Origin: Magallana gigas
Lineage: Eukaryota
NCBI RefSeq assembly: GCF_963853765.1
Contig: NC_088860.1
Location: 6,200,001-6,264,000, forward strand
Direction of reading: 5' to 3'
Length of the DNA: 64,000 nt
The number at the start of each line of letters is the position of its first letter. Position 1 is the first letter of the stretch. The position numbers and the translations under genes are program-made. Of the stretch, positions 14,726-26,078 are shown one piece after another. The notes beneath the pieces are model-generated. The model was given only the letters and a program-made list of their open reading frames with translations. It did no database searches and was not told the origin of the DNA.

Positions 14726-14776
14726 GACTTGGTCCCAAAATTGACGCACTTTGAAAATGTTTTACAAAGTGCGTTG
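13682..14776. mobile_element. About 1.1-kb foldback-like non-autonomous DNA element with modular inverted ends built from ACGCACTTTG motifs
   Basis: 13682-13815 and 14654-14776 each hold about 5 copies of ACGCACTTTG/CAAAGTGCGT. They share TTTGGGACCAAGT / ACTTGGTCCCAAA in inverted orientation. No TSD identified. Confidence 0.55.
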
Positions 14777-14970
14777 TTACATCGGTTCTCTTGAACAGCG
14801 CTGCATGGTGCCAACAGAGTTGTCCCGATTCTTGTGAGATGCTCTACTCATCCGTCTGGGGGGACTCTTTTGCAAATACTTGTAGTCTAGCTAGAGTGAA
14901 CACTGACACCGTATCATAGTCATTCTATATCTTCCAAAAAGGTCTCTTCTACAAGTAATCTCTCATCTAA

Positions 14971-15310
14971 GGCGCGCCAAATTCACAAAAAAATGAGTAT
15001 GAAATGAACGATAGCTTTAGTTAACGACCACAATCTATAGCATTTATTCATTCTGTCTGAGACTGTTGTGGTTACACTGTACATTGATATAATTATACTC
15101 TATAAATACTAATACTGATTCCAAATAATTGGCATTCTGGTAGAAAATACATTTATCTTCAGCTGTATAGTATGAAAAACACATAAACTAACGAATTGAA
15201 ATCATAGTTTATCTGATAAAGGCATGGGAAACTGTAACTTTCGAGGTTTATGAAGGATACAGAATCTTATATTTCAAGATAATTTAGCACATTTGTGAAT
15301 TTGGCGCGTC
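14971..15310. mobile_element. About 340-bp MITE with TIR G(G/A)CGCGCCAAATTCACAAA
   Basis: GGCGCGCCAAATTCACAAA at 14971 and TTTGTGAATTTGGCGCGTC at 15292-15310. A related end and internal motifs recur at 60013. Confidence 0.75.
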
Positions 15311-15949
15311 ATACTTACTTACGCTTTTTACAGAGATCGAAATGATAACGCTTAAAAGGGAGTATTAGTCTTTTAAATAAAATGATATTCAAACTACCAT
15401 ACACGTGTACTGGTGCGCACTTATCACTTTCGTGTATCAGTCTGAGAGTAGGTGGTTAACGTTATACTGTACTGGAAAGCAATTATTTTGATTAAGTAAT
15501 GGGAATCAAACGTATTTATAGCGTATAATATTAATCTACTATAGATATTATACCCCATAAATAGGCTTACTATTGATTCCGCTTACTTAATCCAAATCAT
15601 TGGCATTTTAGTAGAATATACCTATACCTGTATATCATGTAGACTGTATATACAATACATAAACTGATATCATCTTAAATAAATCATGTTTATATATGGT
15701 GTCTTAATGGCATCCTTTATTGTGATTGCAATCTTAACATACTAGGAAAGTTGATACCATTTTCTAATTGTTTACCTTCGTTTTTGCAACTAACGACCTA
15801 AATATTTTTTTAAGAAGATAAGATCATGGGATACTCACGCATTGGAAACTGACAAATTACACGTTGTTATCTCCAAAGCGGTTCAATGAATATTCCGGAA
15901 CAGAACAGTTTTTAATCTAACTTTTATAGCTCATTCTTAGAACACGTAA

Positions 15950-15957
15950 ACTTCCGG
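15950..15957. promoter_or_regulatory. ETS-type motif (ACTTCCGG) in the putative TATA-less HSPA13 promoter
   Basis: Reverse complement is CCGGAAGT, the ETS consensus; about 50 bp upstream of the HSPA13 ATG. Function is inferred. Confidence 0.45.
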
Positions 15958-16003
15958 GTTTCAGACAACATGGATTAATAAAGAGAAAGTCTTTCCATTT
16001 ATT

Positions 16004-17309
16004 ATGAGTAGTTCATTTATAATACTAGGTGAGTTTTTTGATCTGTATCTTTCACTCGTCTATAAATCTTTTGATCTGAAATCACGATTCACGTGTTGAA
16101 CATGCAAGTTGAACGCAAATTCTGTCATACAGGCTGTCATATGTTAAAAATTTAAAGTTTTACTGTAAACCACGGTCTCCTGACGTTATATATATTTCTT
16201 ACAATAATAAATAGTATATTTTTTACGAAAAGAAAAATATATACAGTCATTTATTGGTAATTTAACTCAACCGAGTTGCTCTCTTTTTTTCACAGGGACA
16301 TCTATACTGGCTGTACTCTTAGCGGGATACTTTGCACAGAAGTATCTTCCCCCTCCCAAGCCCAAGATAGTTGGCATTGATCTAGGTTATATTAGTGTTA
16401 TATTTCTTGACCTTGTTGTTGAAATGATTATAAACATGATAAAAGCATTGCAGAAATGAACAACTTCAGTTTCTCAATGCAATTTACATACATATGATAA
16501 TTCAACCTTTCAAATTGACATTTATATAAAAAAAAATATGCACACGTCATATTAGAAATTGCTTGTCATATACCTTTATTTAAAAATATTCAAAAATCTT
16601 TCTGATATTTAAATGGAGTCAACTTAACAGGATTTTCTTAAGGTTATTAAGAAAGTATGAACTTAACAGGATCTTCTAATGATTGTAGGAACTACGTTCT
16701 CTTGTGTTGGAGTTTATCATGCAGTGAGTGGAGCTGTTGACATTCTAGAAGCACAGGATGGACACCAGTGTATTCCCAGTGTAGTAGCTGTCAGGTCAGA
16801 AATGACATCATGATGTCTTGAATTCTAATTCTGTTAGGTACTGTACAAGAGGTAGTGAAATGTTAATGGACATATACAATATGTACCCTCTAAGATCAAC
16901 ACTATGGAGATTGTTCACCGCTAATAGTTGTTAAATAAGCCATGATAGAAAACTGTATATACAGAATTTTGACAGGTAATGGATCATGTTCAATTAAGTA
17001 TGCTGTATACATGTCTTGAACTTTAAAGATAAAGTCGAAACATTTACATGTGATTTCAGTGAGGAGGGTTTTCTGGTTGGATACAAAGCTGTTGCTCAGT
17101 CTGAGCATAATCCCAAGAACACTATATATGATGCCAAGAGATTCATTGGCAAGAAGTACACAGCAGAGGAACTGACACAGGCTCAGAAGAGATACCCATT
17201 CAAGGCAAGTATCAATAATTCAATACTGGAAGCAAAAGAATCCACTGCAAGATGTCAGTTTGTTTGTTCAAAAGTATACAGAGTAATTTTATAGCCTATT
17301 AAATGGTAA

Positions 17310-17340
<31 letters not shown>

Positions 17341-19046
17341 TTCACTTAGAGTTTTATGTTGTTCTGAACTTGTTCTTCTCCAAAGCAATGACAAAAATAA
17401 TTTTTAAAGTCTTGATTGCTTTGTTTTTAGCTTGAGGCAGATGAGTATGGAATGGTGCGATATGTATTTAATGTCAACAAGACAGAGTTGAGAATGAGTC
17501 CTGAAGAGATTGGATCAGTCATCGTAAAGTTCCTGAAGAATGTGGCAGAGAGAAATCTTACAGCTCCAGTCACTAAGTGTGTCATGTCTGTGCCAGCAGA
17601 GTTTGATGAAATGCAAAGAAACTACACCAAAAAAGCAGGCAGTATTGCTGGTATGAATATTTAAAAGATACTACGGTACTAGTATTTTTTTTTCAATATG
17701 TCAAAGTTATTGTATCATGTTAACCAATGAATATTTACATTATTCAAAAGTCCATGTTTGTTAAAATGTATATATGTACTTTCATGTTGTTTTAATACTT
17801 TATCAATCAAATGTTCCTTTAAAAAGTTTATTTGCATTATTTAGCAAAATATATCTCATTAAGTCTGTAGTCATGCAAAAATTTTGTAATCTTATTATCT
17901 CATCTGAATGTAATGATGGTACTGTAGGACTAGAGGTCTGGCGTGTCATCAATGAGCCAACAGCAGCGGCCTTGGCATATGGTCTCCATACCAAGCCCGA
18001 GCTGAAGACGGTACTAGTGGTGGATCTTGGGGGAGGGACGCTGGATGTGTCGCTACTCCGTGTACAGGGGGGAATGTTCCTTACTCAGGGGATGGCAGGT
18101 GAGAATTACTGAACTGATTAAAAATGTGTAGCACATTGACCTGAAAAATATTGTAGAACAGAGGTGGGATGATAAGCAGAATTCCATTAAATTTGGTTCA
18201 TGGTTATATGAAATGTAATATACAATGAATGATAGTCTGATCATTTTCATTTTTTTTTTTAATTAATAACAATTGTACTTTGAGAAACCTATTATTTAAA
18301 AAAATTATTGCTTATGATCATGTATAGACTAGATTTCTCTACATGTACTAGTTTTACAACCACTTGGTTTTTTTTATACTGATACACTCATAAGTTTTGT
18401 GTATATAAACAATTGTATATAAAAATTTTTTATAAATATGTTTAGATTTTCTTTTTCTTTTTAACACTATTTATATGTATTTTTTTGTTCTGTTTGCTTT
18501 TCAGGAAACAATAGACTTGGTGGTCAAGACTTTAATCTTAGATTATACAACTACGTGAAAGATTTACTAGAAACCAAATTCAACTTACAAATTACGGACA
18601 AAGAAGACTTGCAAGCCTTACGATTAGCTGTTGAACAAGTCAAAATCAATGTGACCCACCATGACAGTTCTACATTAAAACTCTTCCTTCACTCGTTAGG
18701 TAAACATTCACATATAAAAGAAACCATCACAAGAGCTAAATTTGAAGAATTAAACAAAGACTTGTTTGTGAAAGTGTTAGACCCAATAAGGACAGTGTTA
18801 GAGGCAACTCATCTAGAGAAGGAGGATATAGATGAAATAGTGCTAGTTGGGGGATCAACCAGAATTCCAATGATAAGGAACTTGATTCGGGAGTTTTTCG
18901 GGAAAGAGCTGAACACGCACGTTGACCCTGAGTTGGCTGTAGCCATGGGCGTGTCCATACAGGCGGGGATCATCGGGGGAATGTGGCCCCTCAAAGTCAG
19001 TGCTGTGGAGCTCCCGAACAGAGTAGTCAAGATCCAAGTCCAATGA
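16004..19046 (+). CDS. HSPA13: Heat shock 70 kDa protein 13 (STCH), 432 aa; join(16004..16028,16296..16385,16689..16794,17060..17204,17431..17650,17928..18098,18505..19046)
   Basis: Exon phases join to 1299 nt in frame. N-terminus [41 protein letters not shown] closely resembles vertebrate HSPA13 (signal peptide then YLP.P.PK.IGIDLGTT). HSP70 ATPase motifs [39 protein letters not shown] and [10 protein letters not shown] are present. The protein ends after [15 protein letters not shown] with no substrate-binding domain, as in HSPA13. Confidence 0.95.
17314..17340. repeat. (AG)n microsatellite in HSPA13 intron 4
   Basis: Direct reading. Confidence 0.9.
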
Positions 19047-22000
19047 TTATAGAAAGTAGGTTAGATAACAGGTGCTCCTTAGTATTATCCTATTTTTGAT
19101 GAAAACGTCTTTGATTTTCTACATTGTTTATCATGTAACAGTGAAATCAGAAACTTTTACTATCTAATGAACAGAAAACTATTTTTGCAGTTGGAAACTG
19201 ATACAATTACGGTGATTTTATGATGGTGAAATTAAACTTGTGTAAGTTTCCTTTTCTAGAAACACAAGCAACGAATTGATTTTTTAGTACCTGTTACAAA
19301 GAAAAAGTATCATATATATTCCTCAAGTCTATATAAAAAATGGTAGAAAGATGAACATACTTTGATTTAATAACTTGCAGTGTTGTGAATTCAAACAACT
19401 CTTTTTTGCTGCTTACAATATCTTGTTTTATGAAACACCTTCTGTGCAATGTAATGTATTTATATTAAAATTAAATGCTTTATGCCTGTATATTGGTGGT
19501 TTTTTAATTGGTTTCTGGTCTCCTGAGGTAGCGCAAGTCTTGCATTTGTTCTACCCGATCTGCTATACATGTATACACCGTGAATCAAGATTTGTGTGTA
19601 CATAGTCATTTATACATTTTGACATACTGGTAGTTTGGCATCATGATAAAAATATTGATCTAGTCAAATCGTCTCGAGTTATTGTAGGCTCAGGTTCAGC
19701 AACATGTCAGTTGTAAATGAAACACTGTCTTGTATACTTCATACCAATTGTGTTGTATCCTCACTAGATTCTTTCAGTTTACATAGTTTTTGTAAACTAT
19801 TTTAACAGTTGAATTTAATAAAATGATTCATTCATAAGACAATGTTAGAAATATTCTATGTACATTTATTTTTCAAATTATTTGGGTTTGGTGCAGGATT
19901 CTTTGATGAACATTATTGATACAAACTGATATCTACATTATTAATGATATTGATTTTTAATCACACATCTCATTTTTATAAATAATTCTTCTCTTTATAG
20001 AATATTTTGCTCATGCTTTTGTCATTATCCCAATACTGAGCCTCCAACAAATTGAAATTGTAGATTTTTTATGAAGATATTGTTTACAACATTTATACAT
20101 ATGTATAAAATAATTATACTTTAAAAGTGTTTGTTTATCTTGAAATCAGATGCTTATTTATTTAATTTATAAATCTTGGTTGAAGATTATATTTTTTGTG
20201 TTAAACACAGGGATGTATTGTCTGATTAAGACCATGACAACAACAATTTGTTCCTTTGTTTTCACTATAGGTATGATTGCTTGTGATTTCTATGTTTTCA
20301 TTGTTACAACTTACCTTTTAAAGTTCTGTACATCCTAATCAACAGTTTAATGTTTCATGTATTTCTTTGTTGATACAGATTCATTTGTTTTCTACCATGT
20401 TTTATCATAACTTTCAAAGTTTTATCATTCCATTCACAATAACGGTTTTGATTTTATGGTTTTTTTTCTTAAAAAATATATGTATGTTCAAGCATGAGAT
20501 CAGAAGTATAAACTTATATTTTTTTTAATTTCTTATAATACAAATCAGATTTTAAAGTAAACACCAAGCTTCAAATCACTGTTTTTATATCAATATTATG
20601 ATTATAGATCTTTTGTCTGATTTAAGATTCAGATTGCTGGTATAAACTGTGGGGAAACAAAGCCCATAAATAATTTATATTTTATACCAGTCACAGTATT
20701 TTCATACTTCATATATTGCTCAATCATTATTTAATTTCCAAAAAATTAAAATTTAATGAATATAAAAAAGGAATATAACCAAAAAACTATATATAATTAA
20801 ATAAGGGCCTAAATTAGTTACTTTGGATGAACACTACAACTTAGTTTTTACTAGGTACATGTGCAAATGTATAGTTTATTATTTATGATTTCAATTTGAT
20901 TTGATTATAGAAATATGATATCATAAAGGTAACATTTTCCTGTATTTTTTGCATATTGATGCAGAAAATTTAAAAAGTTTTCTTTCAGGACCAGGATTTT
21001 AATGTTTTATAACTTTATCAATGATGTTTTTACCTACGAAACATTATATACTGACAAAAAATAGAGCTAGTTCAAGATTACTTTCAATGTTTTTCATTGC
21101 ATAATCATTTTCAAAAAAAAGTTAATTGCATTAAATAAATTGCACCTACTCTGGCGCCATGTACTGCCAGTAAGTGCAAAACAATCAAAAACGTATGTAT
21201 TGTCAACTCTCCTTCAAGATAACATAGCAATTTTATCATGAAGGATACATAAAAACTTTGAAGAAATATAGATTTATTTTTATGTGTTGTTTAAAACATA
21301 GTTTGGAACTATGAATAAATTTTGCATCCGTTAATCATAAACATGTATTGATTGGATTCTTTGAGGAAGAAAAACACAGTACTGACATGGACTTAAGTGT
21401 TTTATTTATTATAAATAAATTTTACCTTATTGTTGTTTTATTTTTGTTGAATAAAACCTCTTGATGCACATGATTGTTATTTTCTTTAATTGATACACAA
21501 AACTGTTTGGATAACGTCGTCTTGGCTTACAAAGTGTTATCATCAAATGAAGGATGAAGAGCAATATAAAGTCAATGGCACATGTTTATTATAAAAAAAG
21601 TACTTTGTTGAGATCGAATTGATTCATTCTGGTTAAATATAACACTGCATGGCCACACATGTTCTTTGGCTTGTGATTGCTGTAACAAATGAGGACTAAA
21701 ATTGGTAATAAAACTAATACATGTATAAAGAAAAAACATAGACCTGCTGTGGCCCATGAACCTTGTTGTTTATTTTGAATTGGTTTTAAGTCTTAAACAC
21801 CACCCCCTTCCCCATCCCCCCAACCCCCCCCCCCCCCCAAAAAAAAATAAAAAAAAATCAGCGACAACAACAAAAATCTAGCATTACCTTTATGTATGTC
21901 AACTATTTTTATTATGTCCATTTTAAGCCCCGGAAAGGCCTAAATCACCCACGTTATATGTAATATACAAACGTACATATGTTCTCTCTCTCTCTCTCAT

Positions 22001-24237
22001 GTTTGTATCCACGTTGTATTGACGTCATAACCTTGATGGTAATTGATACTTACATATGTTAAACAATGGATAACTTGTTAGCAAAGGATGTTTGACAATG
22101 TAATAACTATCAGATAAAAATGTGGTTTAGTAAGATCATAACTGTCAGCACCAGTCATTCTAAAAACCCAGAGAGGAACTAGACCTATCAAAACCTACTG
22201 ACATGACATAGAAAATCTGTATATTTGACCTGAAAAATTAAAACCTTATTGAACTAATCTGTGACAGATCTCGACTTTACTTTCACATAAAAACTTATTT
22301 GAGTTTTATTGATTCACCGACTAAGTAGTTGTTATCATGGAAAAACTATTTTTAAAAGTGCCTTTTTAATATTAAATTTCATTTAAATTTTATGTTAAAT
22401 AACTTTTTTAAAAATATGTACCGAAGAACGGTAAAAAAAAACCCCACCCTAATTTCAGTAAGGCAGCCAACTTTCTCAGAATAGTTAATGATCTGGCTAA
22501 TTATTAACTGATCTATAAATATAAATCAATTAAAACATCTTTGTGATTGTTATTATAATATATAGTATTGAATACAACGTAAATACAACATTAATTATTC
22601 ATGTATCAAAAGCTGTTAAACATTCTTGCAAATACATCTCCTGTTTAATTTGGATACGTCCAAAGCAAACAAAAAAGACTGAAAGGAAGTAGATCTCTCT
22701 CCTTAAACCAAGAAAAAAAAAAGAAAAAAGAAGAAGAAAGAAATGGGACCCCAAGAGAAGACTTTATAGTGGAAGGTTGAGAGGTATTTTTCACAGAGTG
22801 TCAACTTCATCGATCTTATCCTTTTATGTTCTTTTTCTTTTCTTGATATTGATGATCTTAAATGTACATTATAAACTGTAAGCTAAATGTATACGAAACA
22901 CGACCATATAACGTCACATAAGATTGAAATTATATTATAAGTTTTAAAGTTAACAATATTTAATTTTAAAAAGTATCTTCTTTGGGTCGCATATAAGTGT
23001 TTACTTGTCAATCAAATAAACTTTCAAACAAATGCCACAAAGTTTCAGTAACAAGGTATGACATTGCTCTTCTAGCATCCTTTAAAAATAATGATTGATA
23101 AGAATGTCAACACTCATTCATATTTTTGAGAGGGGAGCGATTCATAATGTTTGTGTCTCTTTACAAATCACTACTGTCTTCCTTGTCGCTGTCATGTTTC
23201 TCTTTCCAAGAGTACAACACTCTAATCCTTAATGAGGTCAATGGTTTTCAATTTCAACCAATGGTCTTGATTTAAACACTTTCAACTTGGGTGGGTAATA
23301 TATGTCACTTACAAAATACAAGAAAATTGACGAAAGAAAGGTTTTGATTCTGATTTTCCAAAAAATGCAACCTGAATATGATCAATATCGCATGCAAAAA
23401 TTTTACATTCAAAAATGGATTTCAGTGCCATTCTAGTATGTAAAATAAATAAAAGCCAGAAAGATAGTTATTGGTCTAAAATGTTCATTGTTCGTTAAAA
23501 AAAACGAATATATTTTTTCATCACCCTCTTAAAATACTTCTTTATAGCAAGATTTGGTAGATTGTACACCAAATGACGCTTTGTTATAGGTAATATTGGA
23601 TAAAGATATGAAAGCAACTGAACATCTTTTTCAGAACTGTCCCGCGGTGGCATATCATAACACGATACGTTAGGATAAAGACAGTTTTATTTGGTATGAG
23701 AAAAAATACTGATTATATACCTTAGCACCTAAGTTATGGTTTCTAATTTCATAGATGTTTCATATGTCACATGTAATGACAGTGAATGAAAAGAAATAAT
23801 AAGATTGAAGACTCTTTTTTGATATCAAACGTTATGCTTATATAATATATACGTAGCTACTAGAACACAGGTATGAAACAGAAACAGAAATTGATATATA
23901 ATTATCAGGAACAAAATATTTGCTTTTATTTTAAAGATAGATATATATCAATTTAATATTTTTGCTACATTTTTTAGCTCGTAATTGCATTCTAGTAAAT
24001 AAAAGTTTTCATTAATCAAAATAAAACACTTCCTGTATTTTATGAATTTGAAATTCTTTCAATCAAGTTGCGTTGTTGAAAACTGCGTATAATATCTACG
24101 AATCATAATGAAATTAATTGATAGACTGAGGAGAAATTCAAAACAAAACACATGTTTTTGAATCATTAACATACAAAACTGGGACTGTTTTCAGTCATGA
24201 ACAATTGTACGAATACCACAGAAACATCGCATTTCAG

Positions 24238-24314
24238 TATAAATAAGAGAAAATGTGCATTATTCGCTACAGAAACCAGAAGATCACCAACTAAGCGAAG
24301 CACAGCAACCAAAG
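24238..24314 (+). promoter_or_regulatory. TATA box (24238-24245) and short non-coding exon 1 of Gly-rich gene 1
   Basis: TATAAATA followed about 70 nt later by CCAAAG|GTTAGA donor. The same arrangement is conserved upstream of paralogs 2 and 3. A TTTTTAG acceptor lies about 12 nt before the ATG at 25145. Confidence 0.7.
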
Positions 24315-25144
24315 GTTAGATAGAATTTTTTTTGATAGAACACAATCCTCTTTGATTTCAGAGGTATTTCGCTAAAATAAATCACAAAAAATGAAACGCT
24401 TAATTTTTCCATAAAAAGGGATTATTTCAAAAGATACTCTTTGACAGCAAAAGCTATTTTTGTGATTTGTATTCTCTGTATACTCTTTAACGATATTAAT
24501 TTGAATCTGATTCAGTTTATGTACTTTTAAAGTTTTACTTACAGTTTTTGAAAATCTTGCTAAAATATTAGTTATATAACCGCTTTTTAAGATATTCAAT
24601 TTATAATGAAGGGACATTAAACAATTTTGATTTTTTTAAACCAGTTAAATATGTATTGCTAGATAAAAATGAAAGTGTAATGAACCAAATTCACACGACT
24701 GACAACATATAAGAAGCAAGTCATTTTGCACCTTAAAATATTTTAAAGAGTTATCTCCCCATGCTGAAATTTCTTTTTTTTTTTAATTTTGTCAAAATAT
24801 CTGCGGTAAATGATTAGTTTTATTTCATAATTTAATAAACAGAAAGTTTATGCATGTATTAACCAAAAGGGTTTTACAATTTTAAGTTACTTTTTATAAT
24901 ATCTTATTAAAACACGTTGCCCATAGACTTTAATGCAAAATTCAAGGTGTAATTAGTTGAACCATAATTAATATTTTGAAAATACCTTTCGTGGAGTATT
25001 TTTATTTGATAAGACCTTCAAAATGATTATCGGACCATTCATTTATTAGGTACAAAATATGGTCGTTATACATTGAATACCTTAAAAAATAATACAAAGT
25101 CCTTTTGCACCAATCTTTTTTAACGTTTTTAGTTCCAGTTAACA

Positions 25145-26078
25145 ATGTTGGGACTCATAATTCTTGGAATCACGTGTGGTCTTGCCACAGCAACTTATCC
25201 TAGCTATGGATATTCAAACCAACTTGGATATGGCTCTGGCTATCCTCGCTACGGTGGACTCGGTTCCTTGGGTGGTGGTTTAGGACTTGGCGGGCTTGGT
25301 TCCTTGGGAGGTTTGGGACTTAATAGTGGCCTTGGCTCCTTGGGAGGTTTAGGCACTGGACTCGGTTCCCTCGGTGGTTTAGGAAGTGGCGGTTTTGGAC
25401 TAAATGGGCTTGGCTCACTTGGAGGACTAGGTGGAGTGACCGGTTATACTCCAAGCTATGGTCTTGGAAACAGTATCGGATATCCGTCTTATGGTGGATT
25501 AGGAAACACTGGATACTCTCCCTACCCTACCTACAATACTGGATTTGGAGGTTTGGGTGGATTAGGAAGTTTGGGAGGATTGGGGTCTAACCTTGGTGGA
25601 TTAGGTGGACTGAATGGAGGGTTCGGAGGATTGGGTGGATTAACCGGAGGATTGGGTGGATTAACCGGAGGATTGGGTGGATTAAATGGAGGATTAGGTG
25701 GACTCAGTGGAGGATTAGGTGGACTCAATGGAGGATTAGGTGGACTTAATGGAGGGTTCGGAGGATTAGGTGGATTAACTGGGGGATTAGGTGGATTAAC
25801 CGGAGGATTGGGTGGATTAAATGGAGGATTAGGTGGACTCAATGGAGGATTTGGTGGATTGGGCGGACTCAATGGAGGTCATATCAGCGGAGGTTTAGGA
25901 TATCCTACCGGTGGTTACAGTAAGTAGGAACGCTTCTATAAAAATAGTAAAATGCTTCTATTTTTGACACAGTTCATTGTTTATTCGCATTTACTTTTAT
26001 ATTCTTGAATTTTTTTTATCTTTAAACCTATTTATAATAAATTTTTTTCGTTTTATTTCAGAGAAGAAAGTGTATTAA
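25145..26078 (+). CDS. Secreted Gly-rich shematrin-like shell-matrix protein, copy 1; join(25145..25919,26062..26078), 263 aa ending GGYKKKVY
   Basis: Signal-peptide-like MLGLIILGITCGLATA, then YPSYGY, GLGSLGG and GGLGGL(N/T/S) repeats. Donor TACA|GTAAGT at 25919/20 and acceptor TTTCAG|AGAAGAAAGTGTATTAA at 26061/62. AATAAA at 26176. Confidence 0.85.

Noticed and set aside
17803-19043. Minus-strand ORFs overlapping HSPA13 exons
   Set aside because: Antisense shadows of coding exons.
25531-25872. Pro/Asn-rich minus-strand ORFs (also 31987-32307 and 53066-53368)
   Set aside because: Antisense shadows of GGA/GGT glycine codons; no signal peptide, promoter or independent support.
25920-25927. 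ORF-track C-terminus ...GYSK* as the true end of the Gly-rich proteins
   Set aside because: It overlaps a conserved GTAAGT donor with a conserved downstream coding micro-exon; kept only as a possible intron-retention isoform.
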